Below, piece after piece: positions 1-9,603 of a stretch of DNA of 64,000 nucleotides. Positions within the stretch are counted from its first letter, which is position 1, and each line of letters begins with the position of its first letter. The stretch covers positions 2,016,001 through 2,080,000 of the forward strand of contig OZ255721.1 in the NCBI GenBank assembly GCA_965277285.1, read 5' to 3'. Source of the stretch: Abditibacteriaceae bacterium. GTDB taxonomy: Bacteria; Armatimonadota; Abditibacteriia; Abditibacteriales; Abditibacteriaceae. The notes under the pieces are model-generated. The model was not told the DNA's origin and ran no database searches. It worked only from the letters and a program-made list of their open reading frames with translations. A program made the position numbers and the translations under genes.

Positions 1-76
1 GAGACGCCAGAAAATGCGCGGCAGGAATCCCCGAACGCGCCAAACCTAAAACAGCACTGACTTTTTCACTTTGCAT
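1..76 (-). CDS. murD: MurD UDP-MurNAc-L-Ala:D-Glu ligase, N-terminus only (runs off window edge)
   Basis: Manual translation from ATG at 76 gives MQSEKVSAVLGLARSGIPAAHFLAS, with the MurD GLARSG motif; lies directly after mraY in dcw order. Confidence 0.85.
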   Translation of the reverse strand, partial: MQSEKVSAVLGLARSGIPAAHFLAS

Positions 77-126
77 AATCGTAGGAGCGTCAGCTTGCGG
101 CGCTCATTTTCGAGTACTCGAATCGC

Positions 127-1269
127 TTAATAATTGGGCCAGCGTGGAATAATCTTCATATACCACAACACCAGGCCAATCAGCGAAGTGATGGCGTTTA
201 TCAGCCAGAAAGTGAGGACAACACGCCATTCGCTCCAGCCCGCCAGTTCAAAATGATGATGCAGCGGCGCGCGACGAAACAAGCGTTTGCCTTCGCCAGT
301 TTTGCGTTTGGTGTACTTGAAATATCCGACTTGCGCGATCACGCTGAACATTTCGATGTAAAAAATAAAGCCAATAAACGGCAGCAGAAAAACCGCGCCC
401 GACAAAATCGCGCACATTCCCAGCGCCGCGCCCAAAGCCAATGAACCTGTATCGCCCATAAAAACGCGCGCCGGATATTTGTTGAAAGCGAGAAAGCCCA
501 AACACGCGCCCGCCAGCGCAATCGCCAACCAACTCGAATCGTATAGTACGCCTTCGTTGCAGACAGCCAGAGCCATTCCCGCAATGACCGTCAAACCCGC
601 CGCCAAACCATCAATTCCATCCGTTAAATTGACAGCGTTGCAGGTTCCAATCAGTAAAATTAGCAAAAGAAAACTGGGCGCAAGAACTGTCGTTGCAAAT
701 TGCGATGCTGGCGAAACACTGACGGCACTACGATAAAAAGCAGACAAAACGACAAAGAGAAACCAAAGAAAAACCGCTGACAAAACAACTTGCCACGCGA
801 ATTTGTGGCGCGCTTTTAAACCACCTTTGCCGCGCGCTTTCGACCAATCATCAGCGAAACCGAGCAGCATAAACGAAGCGGCGAGCAGAAGAAACAAACA
901 CGCTTCGGCCAATTCGCTAAACGCGCTGTGCCATAGTGAAGCGCCATAGCCACGCTGACGACTTGTGATATTTGGGCCGCCCTTGAGCGAGAAAAAGGTG
1001 TAAAGTCCTTCCATGCCCAGCACGCTGAACAATGCCGCGCCGATGATGCCTAATCCGCCCATCGAAGGCGTGCCAGCTTTTTTCAAGTGCGAATCGGGCG
1101 TGTCTTCGCGCGCTGACCACTTCATGCCACGCAAATTTTTAATCCACGCAATCAGCGGATTGCCGATCAGCAACATCAACGCGCACGAGCAAGCGAAAAT
1201 GAGCCACAACCAAAGCCCGTCGTAACGCAGCATTGCATCGAAAATCATCGTGTTGGAATTAGCGGACAA
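127..1269 (-). CDS. mraY: Phospho-N-acetylmuramoyl-pentapeptide transferase
   Basis: Motifs KKAGTPSMGG, GFADD, NAVNLTDGIDGLA, FNKYPARVFMGDTGS, APLHHHFEL; dcw position. Confidence 0.96.
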   Translation of the reverse strand: MSANSNTMIFDAMLRYDGLWLWLIFACSCALMLLIGNPLIAWIKNLRGMKWSAREDTPDSHLKKAGTPSMGGLGIIGAALFSVLGMEGLYTFFSLKGGPNITSRQRGYGASLWHSAFSELAEACLFLLLAASFMLLGFADDWSKARGKGGLKARHKFAWQVVLSAVFLWFLFVVLSAFYRSAVSVSPASQFATTVLAPSFLLLILLIGTCNAVNLTDGIDGLAAGLTVIAGMALAVCNEGVLYDSSWLAIALAGACLGFLAFNKYPARVFMGDTGSLALGAALGMCAILSGAVFLLPFIGFIFYIEMFSVIAQVGYFKYTKRKTGEGKRLFRRAPLHHHFELAGWSEWRVVLTFWLINAITSLIGLVLWYMKIIPRWPNY

Positions 1270-2677
1270 GCGCGCTCACCACCAATTCCAGCCGGACGCT
1301 GCGACTGCCTTTCACCAATACGACATCGCCACTTTCCACAACATCGAGTACTCGATGCGCCGCTTCTGCAGCGTTTTCGCACCAGAAAGTTTCAACAGTT
1401 GTCGCGTCCAAAGCGGCGCGCGTTTCTTCGCCGACATAAATCACCAGATCGCAAATCTGCGACGCCAAAACGCCGAGTTTTCGATGCTCGTCTTCGCTGA
1501 ATTCGCCCAACTCTTTCATCGCACCTAAAACCGCGACGCGACGTTTCGCATCGGGAAAATCGCGCAACGTTTCCAATGCGACGCGCATCGAATCCGGCCC
1601 GGCGTTGTAACAATCATCTAAAATTGTCAGTTCGTTCGCGCGCAAAACACGCATTCGTGCGCCAGGAACTTCGACGCTTTCCAAGGCGCGCGCGGCTTCG
1701 TTCAAATCAACGCCCAATTCATACGCAACCGCAAAAGCCGCCGCCGCGTTCGTCGCGTTATGCACGCCAGGCAACGGCAGCAGAATTCTGAACTTTGAAT
1801 TCTCAATTTTGAATTCGGCTTCGACGTTACCGTTTTCGGTCGTTCGAGTACTCGATACGCGAACATCGGCGTTATTCGATGTGCCGAACGTGATGACGCG
1901 ACAGCCTTTTTCGCGTGCAATTTCCTGAAGCAATTCGCAATAAGCGCCTTCATCGGGAAGAACCGCCACACCGTCGGCAGGAAGATTTTCGATCAGTTCG
2001 GCTTTGGCGCGCGCGATGTTTTCCAGATTTCCCAGCAGTTCGATATGTTGCGGCCCAATGTTAGTAATGACGCCGATTGTCGGGCGCGCAATGTCGGCCA
2101 AGTATTCGATTTGTCCTAATCCGCGCATTCCCATTTCGACAATCGCGGCTTTGTGATTTTCGTTCAAGCCGAACAAGGTTTGCGGCACGCCGATTTCGTT
2201 ATTGAAGTTTTCGCGCGACGCGAGGATTTCGCCCAACGGTGAAAGCGCGGCGGCAATGAAAGCGCGCGTCGTGGTTTTGCCATACGAGCCGGTCACGCCA
2301 ATAACAGGAATGTGAAAACGTTCGCGGTGAAAGCGCGCCAGTTCACCAAGAGATTGCAGGGAATTGAGTACTCGAATCAACGCTAAATCGTCTCGCAATT
2401 GTTTTTTGGCTTCAGCCGCTTTAATGTCAAAAGGGGAAGTTTCAATAATCGCAGCGACAGCGCCAGCAGAGTGGGCTTCGTTCAAGAAATTGTGGCCGTC
2501 AAAGCGTTCGCCGCGCAAAGCGACAAACAACGAATTGGGTCGCAGCAAGCGCGTGTCCGAAGAAACGCCAGAAACACGGAGACTGCATTCGCCTCCAAAC
2601 AACGTTCCTTTTGTCGCCGCTAAAACTTCGCCCAATGTAAACGAAGCTGTGTTATTGGCGGAAGAGGCGTCACTCAC
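1259..2677 (-). CDS. murF: UDP-MurNAc-tripeptide D-Ala-D-Ala ligase
   Basis: GERFDGH, GVTGSYGKTT, NFNNEIGVP, DDCYNA, VLVKGSR. Start moved to GTG at 2677, which overlaps the murE stop (GTGA). Confidence 0.95.
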   Translation of the reverse strand: MSDASSANNTASFTLGEVLAATKGTLFGGECSLRVSGVSSDTRLLRPNSLFVALRGERFDGHNFLNEAHSAGAVAAIIETSPFDIKAAEAKKQLRDDLALIRVLNSLQSLGELARFHRERFHIPVIGVTGSYGKTTTRAFIAAALSPLGEILASRENFNNEIGVPQTLFGLNENHKAAIVEMGMRGLGQIEYLADIARPTIGVITNIGPQHIELLGNLENIARAKAELIENLPADGVAVLPDEGAYCELLQEIAREKGCRVITFGTSNNADVRVSSTRTTENGNVEAEFKIENSKFRILLPLPGVHNATNAAAAFAVAYELGVDLNEAARALESVEVPGARMRVLRANELTILDDCYNAGPDSMRVALETLRDFPDAKRRVAVLGAMKELGEFSEDEHRKLGVLASQICDLVIYVGEETRAALDATTVETFWCENAAEAAHRVLDVVESGDVVLVKGSRSVRLELVVSALVR

Positions 2678-4209
2678 GCGCGTTCTCCCTGCGCGTGTTC
2701 GAGCCATTCGCGCACGACTTCGCGGTCGTCGAAGTGAATCGTGCGGTCTTTGAAAATCTGATACGTTTCGTGACCCTTGCCCGCCACAACCACGAAATCG
2801 CCTTTCTTCGCCAGGCTCAATGCCAGTTCAATCGCTTTGCGGCGATCAATTTTGACAACGGTTTCGGCGTTGCCTTGCGCGGTTCCGGCCAAAACGTCAT
2901 CAATGATTTTCTGAGGGTCTTCGGTGCGCGGATTGTCGCTCGTCACGACGCAAAGGTCGGAGAAACTGGCGGCAATCGCGCCCATTTGCGGACGCTTGGT
3001 TTTATCGCGGTCGCCGCCGCAGCCAAACACCGTAATCAAACGTCCTGGCGTAAATTCGCGGACAGTTGTAATCACGTTTTTCAAGCCGTCCGGCGTGTGC
3101 GCATAATCGACGGCGACAAAGAAATCTTGTCCCAGGTCGATCATTTCCATGCGGCCTTCGGGCGCTTTGGCGCGACCAAGCGCGGCCTGAATCTGCGCTC
3201 CGCTCATGCCTTTCAAGACGCCGAAACCGACCGCCGACAACGCGTTATAAACGTTGAAGCGCCCGATCAATCCAACGTCCAGATGAATATCGCCGCTCGC
3301 ACTGCGCGCCACAAAACTCATTCCTGATGGCGTCAGATGAACCGCTTCGCCTTCGATGTGCGCCTCGTTTTCGATGCCATATGTCACATAAAGCAGTTCA
3401 TTCGAGTACTCATCGCGCAAGCGCCGACCATAATGATCGTCCACATTGATGACGGCGCCAAACGATTTGAACTGCTCGGAATAGCGCGCGACTTCGGAAA
3501 ACAATTTCGCTTTGGCCTGGAAATAATTTTCCATGTCGCCGTGATAATCAAGGTGATCTTGCGTCAGGTTGGTGAAGATAGCCGCATCGAAAGCGCAACC
3601 CGCGACGCGCTTCATATCGAGCGCGTGGGACGAAACTTCCATCACGACAGCGTCGCTGCCGCCATCGAGAAAATCGGCCAGCAAACGTTGCAAATCGAGG
3701 CTTTCCGGCGTGGTGCGTCCCGTATCATAAGCGGCGCGTTCCGTCGCAGCGCCCAAAGTTCCGATGATGCCAACGCTTTTGTAACCCGCTTCGCGCAGCA
3801 TTTCCGCGACCAGATGTGCGACCGTCGTTTTGCCGTTGGTGCCCGTCACGCCGACCAGCAGCATTTCGCGCGACGGATGAGAATAAAACTCGCACGCCAT
3901 GTTCGCCAACGCCAGGCGCGAGTCTTTCACCAGAACGCCGGTGACGTGCGACGGCAAGGTTTTTAGAGCGTTTTCGTCTTCGGCGACAATCGTCGTCGCG
4001 CCTTTTTCCAAGGCTTGTGGGATGAACTCGTGACCGTCGCGTTTTTGGCCGCGCACGCAAATGAAAGCGGTGTCGGGCGCGACTTCGCGCGAATCATACG
4101 CCAGCGCCGCGACTTCGGTTGACGCAGTGTCTTCGAGCGAACAACGCTCGCCATTGCGGATGATTTGCGCATCCGGCGTGCTGGCTAAAAGCTCCTTGAG
4201 CGACGGCAT
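2674..4209 (-). CDS. murE: UDP-MurNAc-dipeptide:diaminopimelate ligase
   Basis: GVTGTNGKTT, TTPES, MEVSSH, DYAHTPD, FGCGGDRD, SDNPR (mDAP-type DNPR), AGKGHE. ATG at 4209 has an AAAGGA RBS. Confidence 0.96.
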   Translation of the reverse strand: MPSLKELLASTPDAQIIRNGERCSLEDTASTEVAALAYDSREVAPDTAFICVRGQKRDGHEFIPQALEKGATTIVAEDENALKTLPSHVTGVLVKDSRLALANMACEFYSHPSREMLLVGVTGTNGKTTVAHLVAEMLREAGYKSVGIIGTLGAATERAAYDTGRTTPESLDLQRLLADFLDGGSDAVVMEVSSHALDMKRVAGCAFDAAIFTNLTQDHLDYHGDMENYFQAKAKLFSEVARYSEQFKSFGAVINVDDHYGRRLRDEYSNELLYVTYGIENEAHIEGEAVHLTPSGMSFVARSASGDIHLDVGLIGRFNVYNALSAVGFGVLKGMSGAQIQAALGRAKAPEGRMEMIDLGQDFFVAVDYAHTPDGLKNVITTVREFTPGRLITVFGCGGDRDKTKRPQMGAIAASFSDLCVVTSDNPRTEDPQKIIDDVLAGTAQGNAETVVKIDRRKAIELALSLAKKGDFVVVAGKGHETYQIFKDRTIHFDDREVVREWLEHAQGERA

Positions 4210-4493
4210 GATGTCCTTTCGTTTGGGTGTCGTCCAGTTTCTCATTCGAGTACTCGATTTGTAGAAATTCACCGCAGAGGGCGCGGAGGGCGCAGAGAAA
4301 AAGAATAAGGAAGAACGGGGTTCGAGTACGTGAAAGTATTCCGTACGGGCGAGGCATACCTCGCCCGTACAACTCATCGCTTAAACCTTCATTGCTTCTT
4401 CTCTCCGTGACTCTGCGCCTTTGCGGTTTAATTCTACACAATCGAGTACTCGATCTTCTTTTTCTCTGCGTTCTCCGCGACCTCTGCGGTGAA

Positions 4494-6482
4494 TTATTCT
4501 TTGGTCGGCGCCTTGAACGGCTTCATAAACTCGGCTTGCGGGGCCGGTGCGCTGGCGCCTTTTTCCAATCGTAGTTGCATCATCGCAGTTTGCGCGATTT
4601 CGGCGAAAGCGGGGCCGCACACTTCGCTGCCCCAGTGACTTCCGTGCGGCTCATCGGCCAAAACCAGCACTACATATTCCGGCTTGCGTGACGGCAAAAA
4701 CCCGACGAATGAGGAAATAAATCGTCCGCTGGAATAACCGCGCTTGCCATCCGATTTCTGCGCCGAACCAGTTTTTCCCGCCGTCTGATAACCTGGCACA
4801 AACACATATTTGCGCGCTGTACCTTCGCGCGTCACGCGCTCCATCATGCCAGTCACCGTTTGCGCCGTTTCCGGTTTGATGATTTGACCTTCGCTTTCCG
4901 GCTGGAACGTTTGCAGCGTTTGGCCCGTCGCACCGCGCAACTCTTTCACCAGCATCGGCTTCATCATCACACCGTTGTTGGCGACCGTCGCCGCGATGCG
5001 AATCAATTGCAGCGGCGTCACCATCATGCCTTGACCAAAGGAAAAGTTCGCCAATTGTTCGGCGCTCCAATGCTTCGGGTCTTTGGCCAGCCAGCCGCTT
5101 TGTCCGCGCAAACCGGCGATTTTGATCGGTTCGCCCAGCTTGAACTTTTTCGCGTAATCCAACATCGTCGGTGCGCCCATAATATGAGCGAAGTGCCACA
5201 TCGTGATATTGGAGCTGTCGCGGATACCATCGGACAGCGTTTTCATTTCGGTCTTGTTGTGACCGCCCCAGAACGTCCAGTCGTGGATGATATGCTTACC
5301 GATTTTTTCCGCGCCCGTCACCAGAAACGCTTTGCTTTGCCAGTCGGGAATCTGCTCAACCGAAGCGCACGCCGTAATCATCTTGAACGTCGAACCCGGC
5401 TCATAGGCGAAGTTGATGCACTTGTTAGCCGCCAGATCGCCGACATTTTTCGGGCGATTGTTCAAGTCAAAAGACGGCGCCGTCGCCATCGCCACGATTT
5501 CGCCAGTGCTCGGGCGCATCACAATCGACAGCGCCTGCTGCGGCTTGTACTTCGCCATGATCTCCGCCACAACTTTATCCGCCGCCGCCTGAACTTCCGG
5601 CTCAATCGTTGTAACGACGGTTTGTCCCGCGACGGGCGCGCGCCATTCATCGACTTGTCCAGGAATCGGGCGATTGCGCGCATCGACCTGCGACACCACC
5701 ACGCCGTCTTTGCCGCCCAATTTCTTATTGAGCGACCATTCCAAGCCGTCCACGCCACGACCAGCGCCGTCGGTGAAACCGATCAATTGACTGGCGAAGT
5801 TGCCCATTGGATAAGCGCGACGCGGCGATGCTTCAAGAGAAATCGGCTCCCAAAACGTTTTGCGATCTGAGCGCTCTTTCCGCGTGTCGCTTTTGCGCGC
5901 CTGCATCAAACCGCGCAGTTTCTCAATTTTTTCTTCGCTGATGTGACGCGCCAAACGCACGTAATAGTTCGGCTTGCCATCGGGCTTCGTCGTCTTCTGC
6001 AACAGATTCGAGTACTCGTTCGCATCGCCGCCAATTGCCGACGCGATCATTTGCGCCATTTTGGGTTTATCGAGAATCGCGCGCGGGTTCGCCGTAACAG
6101 TGTATTCATCCAAAGTCACGGCGAGCGCGCTGCCGTCAGACGCTAAAATATCGGCGCGGCGCGCGGGCAAAACCTGCCGCTGCGTCATCTTCGCCAAAGC
6201 GAAACCGCCCGCGTTCGGCTTGCGCGATTCCATGCCCTGCAAATAAACCAGGCGCGCCGACAAACCCACCAACGGAACGGCCAACAGATAAAACGTCCAC
6301 TCGATGCGGCGCCGCGTGTTCGGGCGCACAACGTGACCCGCCGCTTTGGCGCGACGACGCGCCGCGCGCTTCATCCGCGTCGGTGCCACAACGTGCGGTG
6401 CGCTTGCAGCATTTGTAGGAGCGACGTTCGCATCGCGCGGAGTCGGCAAGGTTTTCGTTCGAGTTGGCGTGGTGCGTTCCAT
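4494..6482 (-). CDS. ftsI: Class B penicillin-binding protein (FtsI/PBP3-like transpeptidase)
   Basis: N-terminal TM helix, PBP dimerisation region, STFK / SSN / KTG active-site motifs; dcw position. Confidence 0.92.
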   Translation of the reverse strand: MERTTPTRTKTLPTPRDANVAPTNAASAPHVVAPTRMKRAARRRAKAAGHVVRPNTRRRIEWTFYLLAVPLVGLSARLVYLQGMESRKPNAGGFALAKMTQRQVLPARRADILASDGSALAVTLDEYTVTANPRAILDKPKMAQMIASAIGGDANEYSNLLQKTTKPDGKPNYYVRLARHISEEKIEKLRGLMQARKSDTRKERSDRKTFWEPISLEASPRRAYPMGNFASQLIGFTDGAGRGVDGLEWSLNKKLGGKDGVVVSQVDARNRPIPGQVDEWRAPVAGQTVVTTIEPEVQAAADKVVAEIMAKYKPQQALSIVMRPSTGEIVAMATAPSFDLNNRPKNVGDLAANKCINFAYEPGSTFKMITACASVEQIPDWQSKAFLVTGAEKIGKHIIHDWTFWGGHNKTEMKTLSDGIRDSSNITMWHFAHIMGAPTMLDYAKKFKLGEPIKIAGLRGQSGWLAKDPKHWSAEQLANFSFGQGMMVTPLQLIRIAATVANNGVMMKPMLVKELRGATGQTLQTFQPESEGQIIKPETAQTVTGMMERVTREGTARKYVFVPGYQTAGKTGSAQKSDGKRGYSSGRFISSFVGFLPSRKPEYVVLVLADEPHGSHWGSEVCGPAFAEIAQTAMMQLRLEKGASAPAPQAEFMKPFKAPTKE

Positions 6483-7177
6483 CAGTGTTGGTGTCTGCTT
6501 GGTCGTTTCATCTTCCTGCTTGGTCGTTGATCACTTTGTGGTTGCAGCGCATCGTTCGACGAAGCGTTGGCCGCATGGCCGTTCGAGTACTCGATAGGCG
6601 GCGCAAGCGGGGCGGCAGGTTTCGAGATGTCGTCCAACTCGGTTTGCGCCGCCTGATGGTAGCCCAACTTTGCGGCCCACGTTCCCATTTGCGGATCGTT
6701 GCCCAGCACCGCGATTTTGCGTTGCGTCTTGTCGATTTCCGATTCCGTATCCGCGATTTTTTGCATCAATGTGTCGGTGCGATGCGAGGCGGAAACCGCC
6801 AATGCCTTCAACCACAAAGCCGCCAGCAATTGGCAAAACAAAACGCCGCTGACGAAAGTCGCCGTCCACGTCAGGCGAAACGCACGATGTTGACGACGCA
6901 AACGGCGCGGCACAATCGGCACGGCGCCTTCTTCGCGTACTGCTTCCAAAACTTCGCGGTAGGAATGCGCGGTTTCTTCGTCTTCAATTTGAGGTTGAGA
7001 TTGCGCGACGTGTTGCGTTGGGCGGATGTGGGCGCGATTGGTCGCGGAGCGATGAGAAGGATGACGGCGCGCGTTGCGCTTAGAGGAAGGTCGCGCGCCT
7101 TTTTGCACTGCCGTCGAAACATCCGAAGCGGAGTCGGTGTCGAGCGAGTATTCATCTTGTGCAGCGGGCAGCGCCAT
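6482..7177 (-). CDS. ftsL: FtsL-like cell division protein (single TM, coiled coil, long disordered ends)
   Basis: Sits between rsmH and ftsI; TM followed by a coiled coil (TLMQKIADTESEIDKTQRKIAVL) and AAKLGY. ATG at 7177 has an AGGAGG RBS. Confidence 0.65.
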   Translation of the reverse strand: MALPAAQDEYSLDTDSASDVSTAVQKGARPSSKRNARRHPSHRSATNRAHIRPTQHVAQSQPQIEDEETAHSYREVLEAVREEGAVPIVPRRLRRQHRAFRLTWTATFVSGVLFCQLLAALWLKALAVSASHRTDTLMQKIADTESEIDKTQRKIAVLGNDPQMGTWAAKLGYHQAAQTELDDISKPAAPLAPPIEYSNGHAANASSNDALQPQSDQRPSRKMKRPSRHQH

Positions 7178-7337
7178 AGCGAACCATCCTCCTGTTGCAA
7201 CATTGCAGCGCAAAGCTGCAGCTTGGTCGTTGGCTTCGCGCTTGTGGGTGCGCGCGAACGGAAGGACTAAATTGTAAGGATCAAAGCACATCGAGTACTC
7301 GATATGCGGGTTTAAGATTTAATTTGTATTTACGGCG

Positions 7338-8540
7338 TTACTTCATTTCAAGTTTTTCAATTGCGCGCAGCTTGCACGAACGCGAAAGCGGGTTGCTCTC
7401 GATTTCAGCGTCTGTTGGCGCAATAGGTTTTGGTGTCACGATTTTCGTCTTCCAGGTTTCTCCAAAGCCTTCGATCCAATCGGGAATTGACGGTGCGCTG
7501 TCGTTCGGGAATTGGAAGCGAGGTTCTTCATCGGAGGTGAGAGTGGAACGCGTCGTGGCGAAATCGCTTTGATTCTTTGCAGAATCTCGGCTTTTCTTTT
7601 TGCGGCGCGGATTTGCTTCCTCGAAAGGAATCGTCCGCCCGGCCATGAGGCGAAAGGTGCGTTTAACGATGCGGTCTTCGTTGCTGCTGTAGGTCAAAAT
7701 AATGAGTCGGGCTGCGGGTGCCAAAACCTGCATCAACGCCCACGCGCCTTTGTCGAGTGCCCCAAACTCGTCGTTCACGGCAAGCCGTAAAGCAGCGAAA
7801 GTTTGAGTGGCGGGATGAACACGCGACTGGCGGCGGACAGAAACAGGTATGGCGGCTTCGATAAGACTCACTAATTCCGACGTGGTGCGAATGACGTGGC
7901 GGCTGCGATGTTCTACGATAACGGCTGCGATGCGACGCGCCCATCTCTCGTCGGCGAACTTGAATAAAACGTCCTCAAGTTCCTGGGAAGAAAGTCGGTT
8001 CACCAGGTCGAAAGCCGAAAAATCCTGGGCGCGGTCATAGCGCATATCCAGCAAAGCATCGCCGCGAAACGAGATTCCCCGTTGCGCGTTCGTGATTTGC
8101 CAGAGCGACATTCCCGCGTCCACCAGAGCGCCATCAATCTGCGCAATAGGACGACCATCGGCTCCAACCTTTTGGTTTTCAAAGTACGGTTTGAGCAGTT
8201 CATGCGCATTCCGAAAATCCCCAAGGATCGTCGTCACGCGTTCGAGTACTCGATTGTCCTGCAAACGCTCCCGCGCGAACTGCATCGAATCGCGGTCACG
8301 ATCAAATGCGACTACGCGACACGTCGGGTGCGCCTTCAAAATCTCCAATGTATGACCCGCCGTTCCCAACGTTGCGTCGATGAAAACGGCGTCCGGCGTG
8401 CTAACGGCCAAGTCGTGACAACGTAAGCACGCGAGGGTTTCGCTTATCATCGCGGGCGGGTGCAGGCGAGGTTGCTTCTCGACTGTTGCCGCTTCGTCCT
8501 GATTCGCTTCCTCGTGTTCCTGTGGCGACGATTTCGACAT
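7338..8540 (-). CDS. rsmH: 16S rRNA m4C1402 methyltransferase RsmH (divergent)
   Basis: DATLGTAGH, LDMRYD, HPATQTFAALRLAVNDE, EDRIVK, NPLSRSCKLRA. Start position uncertain. Confidence 0.9.
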   Translation of the reverse strand: MSKSSPQEHEEANQDEAATVEKQPRLHPPAMISETLACLRCHDLAVSTPDAVFIDATLGTAGHTLEILKAHPTCRVVAFDRDRDSMQFARERLQDNRVLERVTTILGDFRNAHELLKPYFENQKVGADGRPIAQIDGALVDAGMSLWQITNAQRGISFRGDALLDMRYDRAQDFSAFDLVNRLSSQELEDVLFKFADERWARRIAAVIVEHRSRHVIRTTSELVSLIEAAIPVSVRRQSRVHPATQTFAALRLAVNDEFGALDKGAWALMQVLAPAARLIILTYSSNEDRIVKRTFRLMAGRTIPFEEANPRRKKKSRDSAKNQSDFATTRSTLTSDEEPRFQFPNDSAPSIPDWIEGFGETWKTKIVTPKPIAPTDAEIESNPLSRSCKLRAIEKLEMK

Positions 8541-9159
8541 CTTGAGTATTCGTTTCCACCATCGGCACTTCGGCAGCCTTGTCGTTCGCCTTCTTGATGC
8601 TCGATGCCGCCGCTCGCAACAATCCGGCTTGCGCGCGACGCACTTCAGCACTTTGCAAACGACGATGCTGCGCGGCTTCCCAACGTTCGCGGCTCCACAG
8701 CACCGCATGATTGAGAACGCCGACCGTCACGACTTCTTTGTCCAACTGCGCGTAGAACCGCAAAATCTCCGGCACCTGCACGCGCCATCCGTTATCGACC
8801 GGCATCACTTCGGCAGCGCCCGTGATTCGTTCGACTGCCGCCGCCAAATCTTCGTCATCGGGATGCTCGGCAATGGTGCGTTCGCAATGCTCCAGCACGT
8901 CCAAGCCCGTCCGATAATTATAGATTCCGATGTTGTCGTTTTCGTCCAACATCATCCAAAACTGATCGGTCAACGCAGGCCGCAACTTCGCCGGAATAAT
9001 GACGCGCCCTTTTTCATCCAACGCGTGAAAATGCGTGCCCGTCATCACCGGAACTTCGGGCAACGCGGATGCGAGCGAAGAAGCGGGAGCGGCCTCGTCG
9101 CCGCTGCTTTTCAATCGCGTTTTGTCGTCATTCGCCGCGATTCTCAATTCGCTCTCCAC
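8401..9159 (-). CDS. mraZ: MraZ division/cell wall transcriptional regulator with N- and C-terminal extensions
   Basis: GTHFHALDEKGRVIIPAKLR plus a second SpoVT/AbrB repeat; first gene of the dcw cluster. Confidence 0.9.
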   Translation of the reverse strand: MESELRIAANDDKTRLKSSGDEAAPASSLASALPEVPVMTGTHFHALDEKGRVIIPAKLRPALTDQFWMMLDENDNIGIYNYRTGLDVLEHCERTIAEHPDDEDLAAAVERITGAAEVMPVDNGWRVQVPEILRFYAQLDKEVVTVGVLNHAVLWSRERWEAAQHRRLQSAEVRRAQAGLLRAAASSIKKANDKAAEVPMVETNTQDVEIVATGTRGSESGRSGNSREATSPAPARDDKRNPRVLTLSRLGR

Positions 9160-9508
9160 GCGCCCAATGGCGTCGTTCTCACAGTTTCAAGTGCTCGGGG
9201 AAAGCGCGTCCAAATGCGTCCTTTCACGTCACTTGGCGTCCATTATAACCCTTTAGCGAAATCATGTGTAAGTTTTGGCGCTTTTTTTTCGCTCTCATTT
9301 ATAATCTTTACGATTAAAGTTGTATAAATAAGAAATTTTCTTCATTGCGTCTTAAACATAGTGATAAGTTCGGCAGCGCACATCAACTCGTCTGCGTAAC
9401 CGAGCGGATTGAGAATTTTGGATGTAGGTAAGATGGGAAAGGTGGGTTCGAGTACTCGAATGCAGGAGAGTTGACGGTCAATTATCGAAGTGGAGAGCGC
9501 ACGATCTC

Positions 9509-9585
9509 GTAGGGGCGTCAGCTTGCTGCGCCCGCGTTCAAGAATCGATTCCTCAATAACGGGCGCAGCAAGCTGACGCCCCTAC
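9509..9585. repeat. GTAG-type REP inverted pair
   Basis: GTAGGGGCGTCAGCTTGCTGCGCCC ... GGGCGCAGCAAGCTGACGCCCCTAC; a related single copy lies at 81-105. Confidence 0.8.
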
Positions 9586-9603
9586 AAAAGGATATGCGCG
9601 ATT

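Noticed and set aside
4210..4377. ORF-track N-terminal extensions of murE (also ftsL, acpS, SDR, flavin reductase, kinase, GH13)
   Set aside because: They run through intergenic repeats, and downstream starts have an RBS or -10 box and match family N-termini.
9242..9271. dcw promoter with TATAAT on the minus strand
   Set aside because: The -10 box is good but there is no convincing -35 at 17 bp; plausible but unsupported.
9424..9446. GTAGG/ATGGG/GTGGG run as MraZ boxes
   Set aside because: 9 bp period, degenerate, on the opposite strand and far from the mraZ start; too weak to call.
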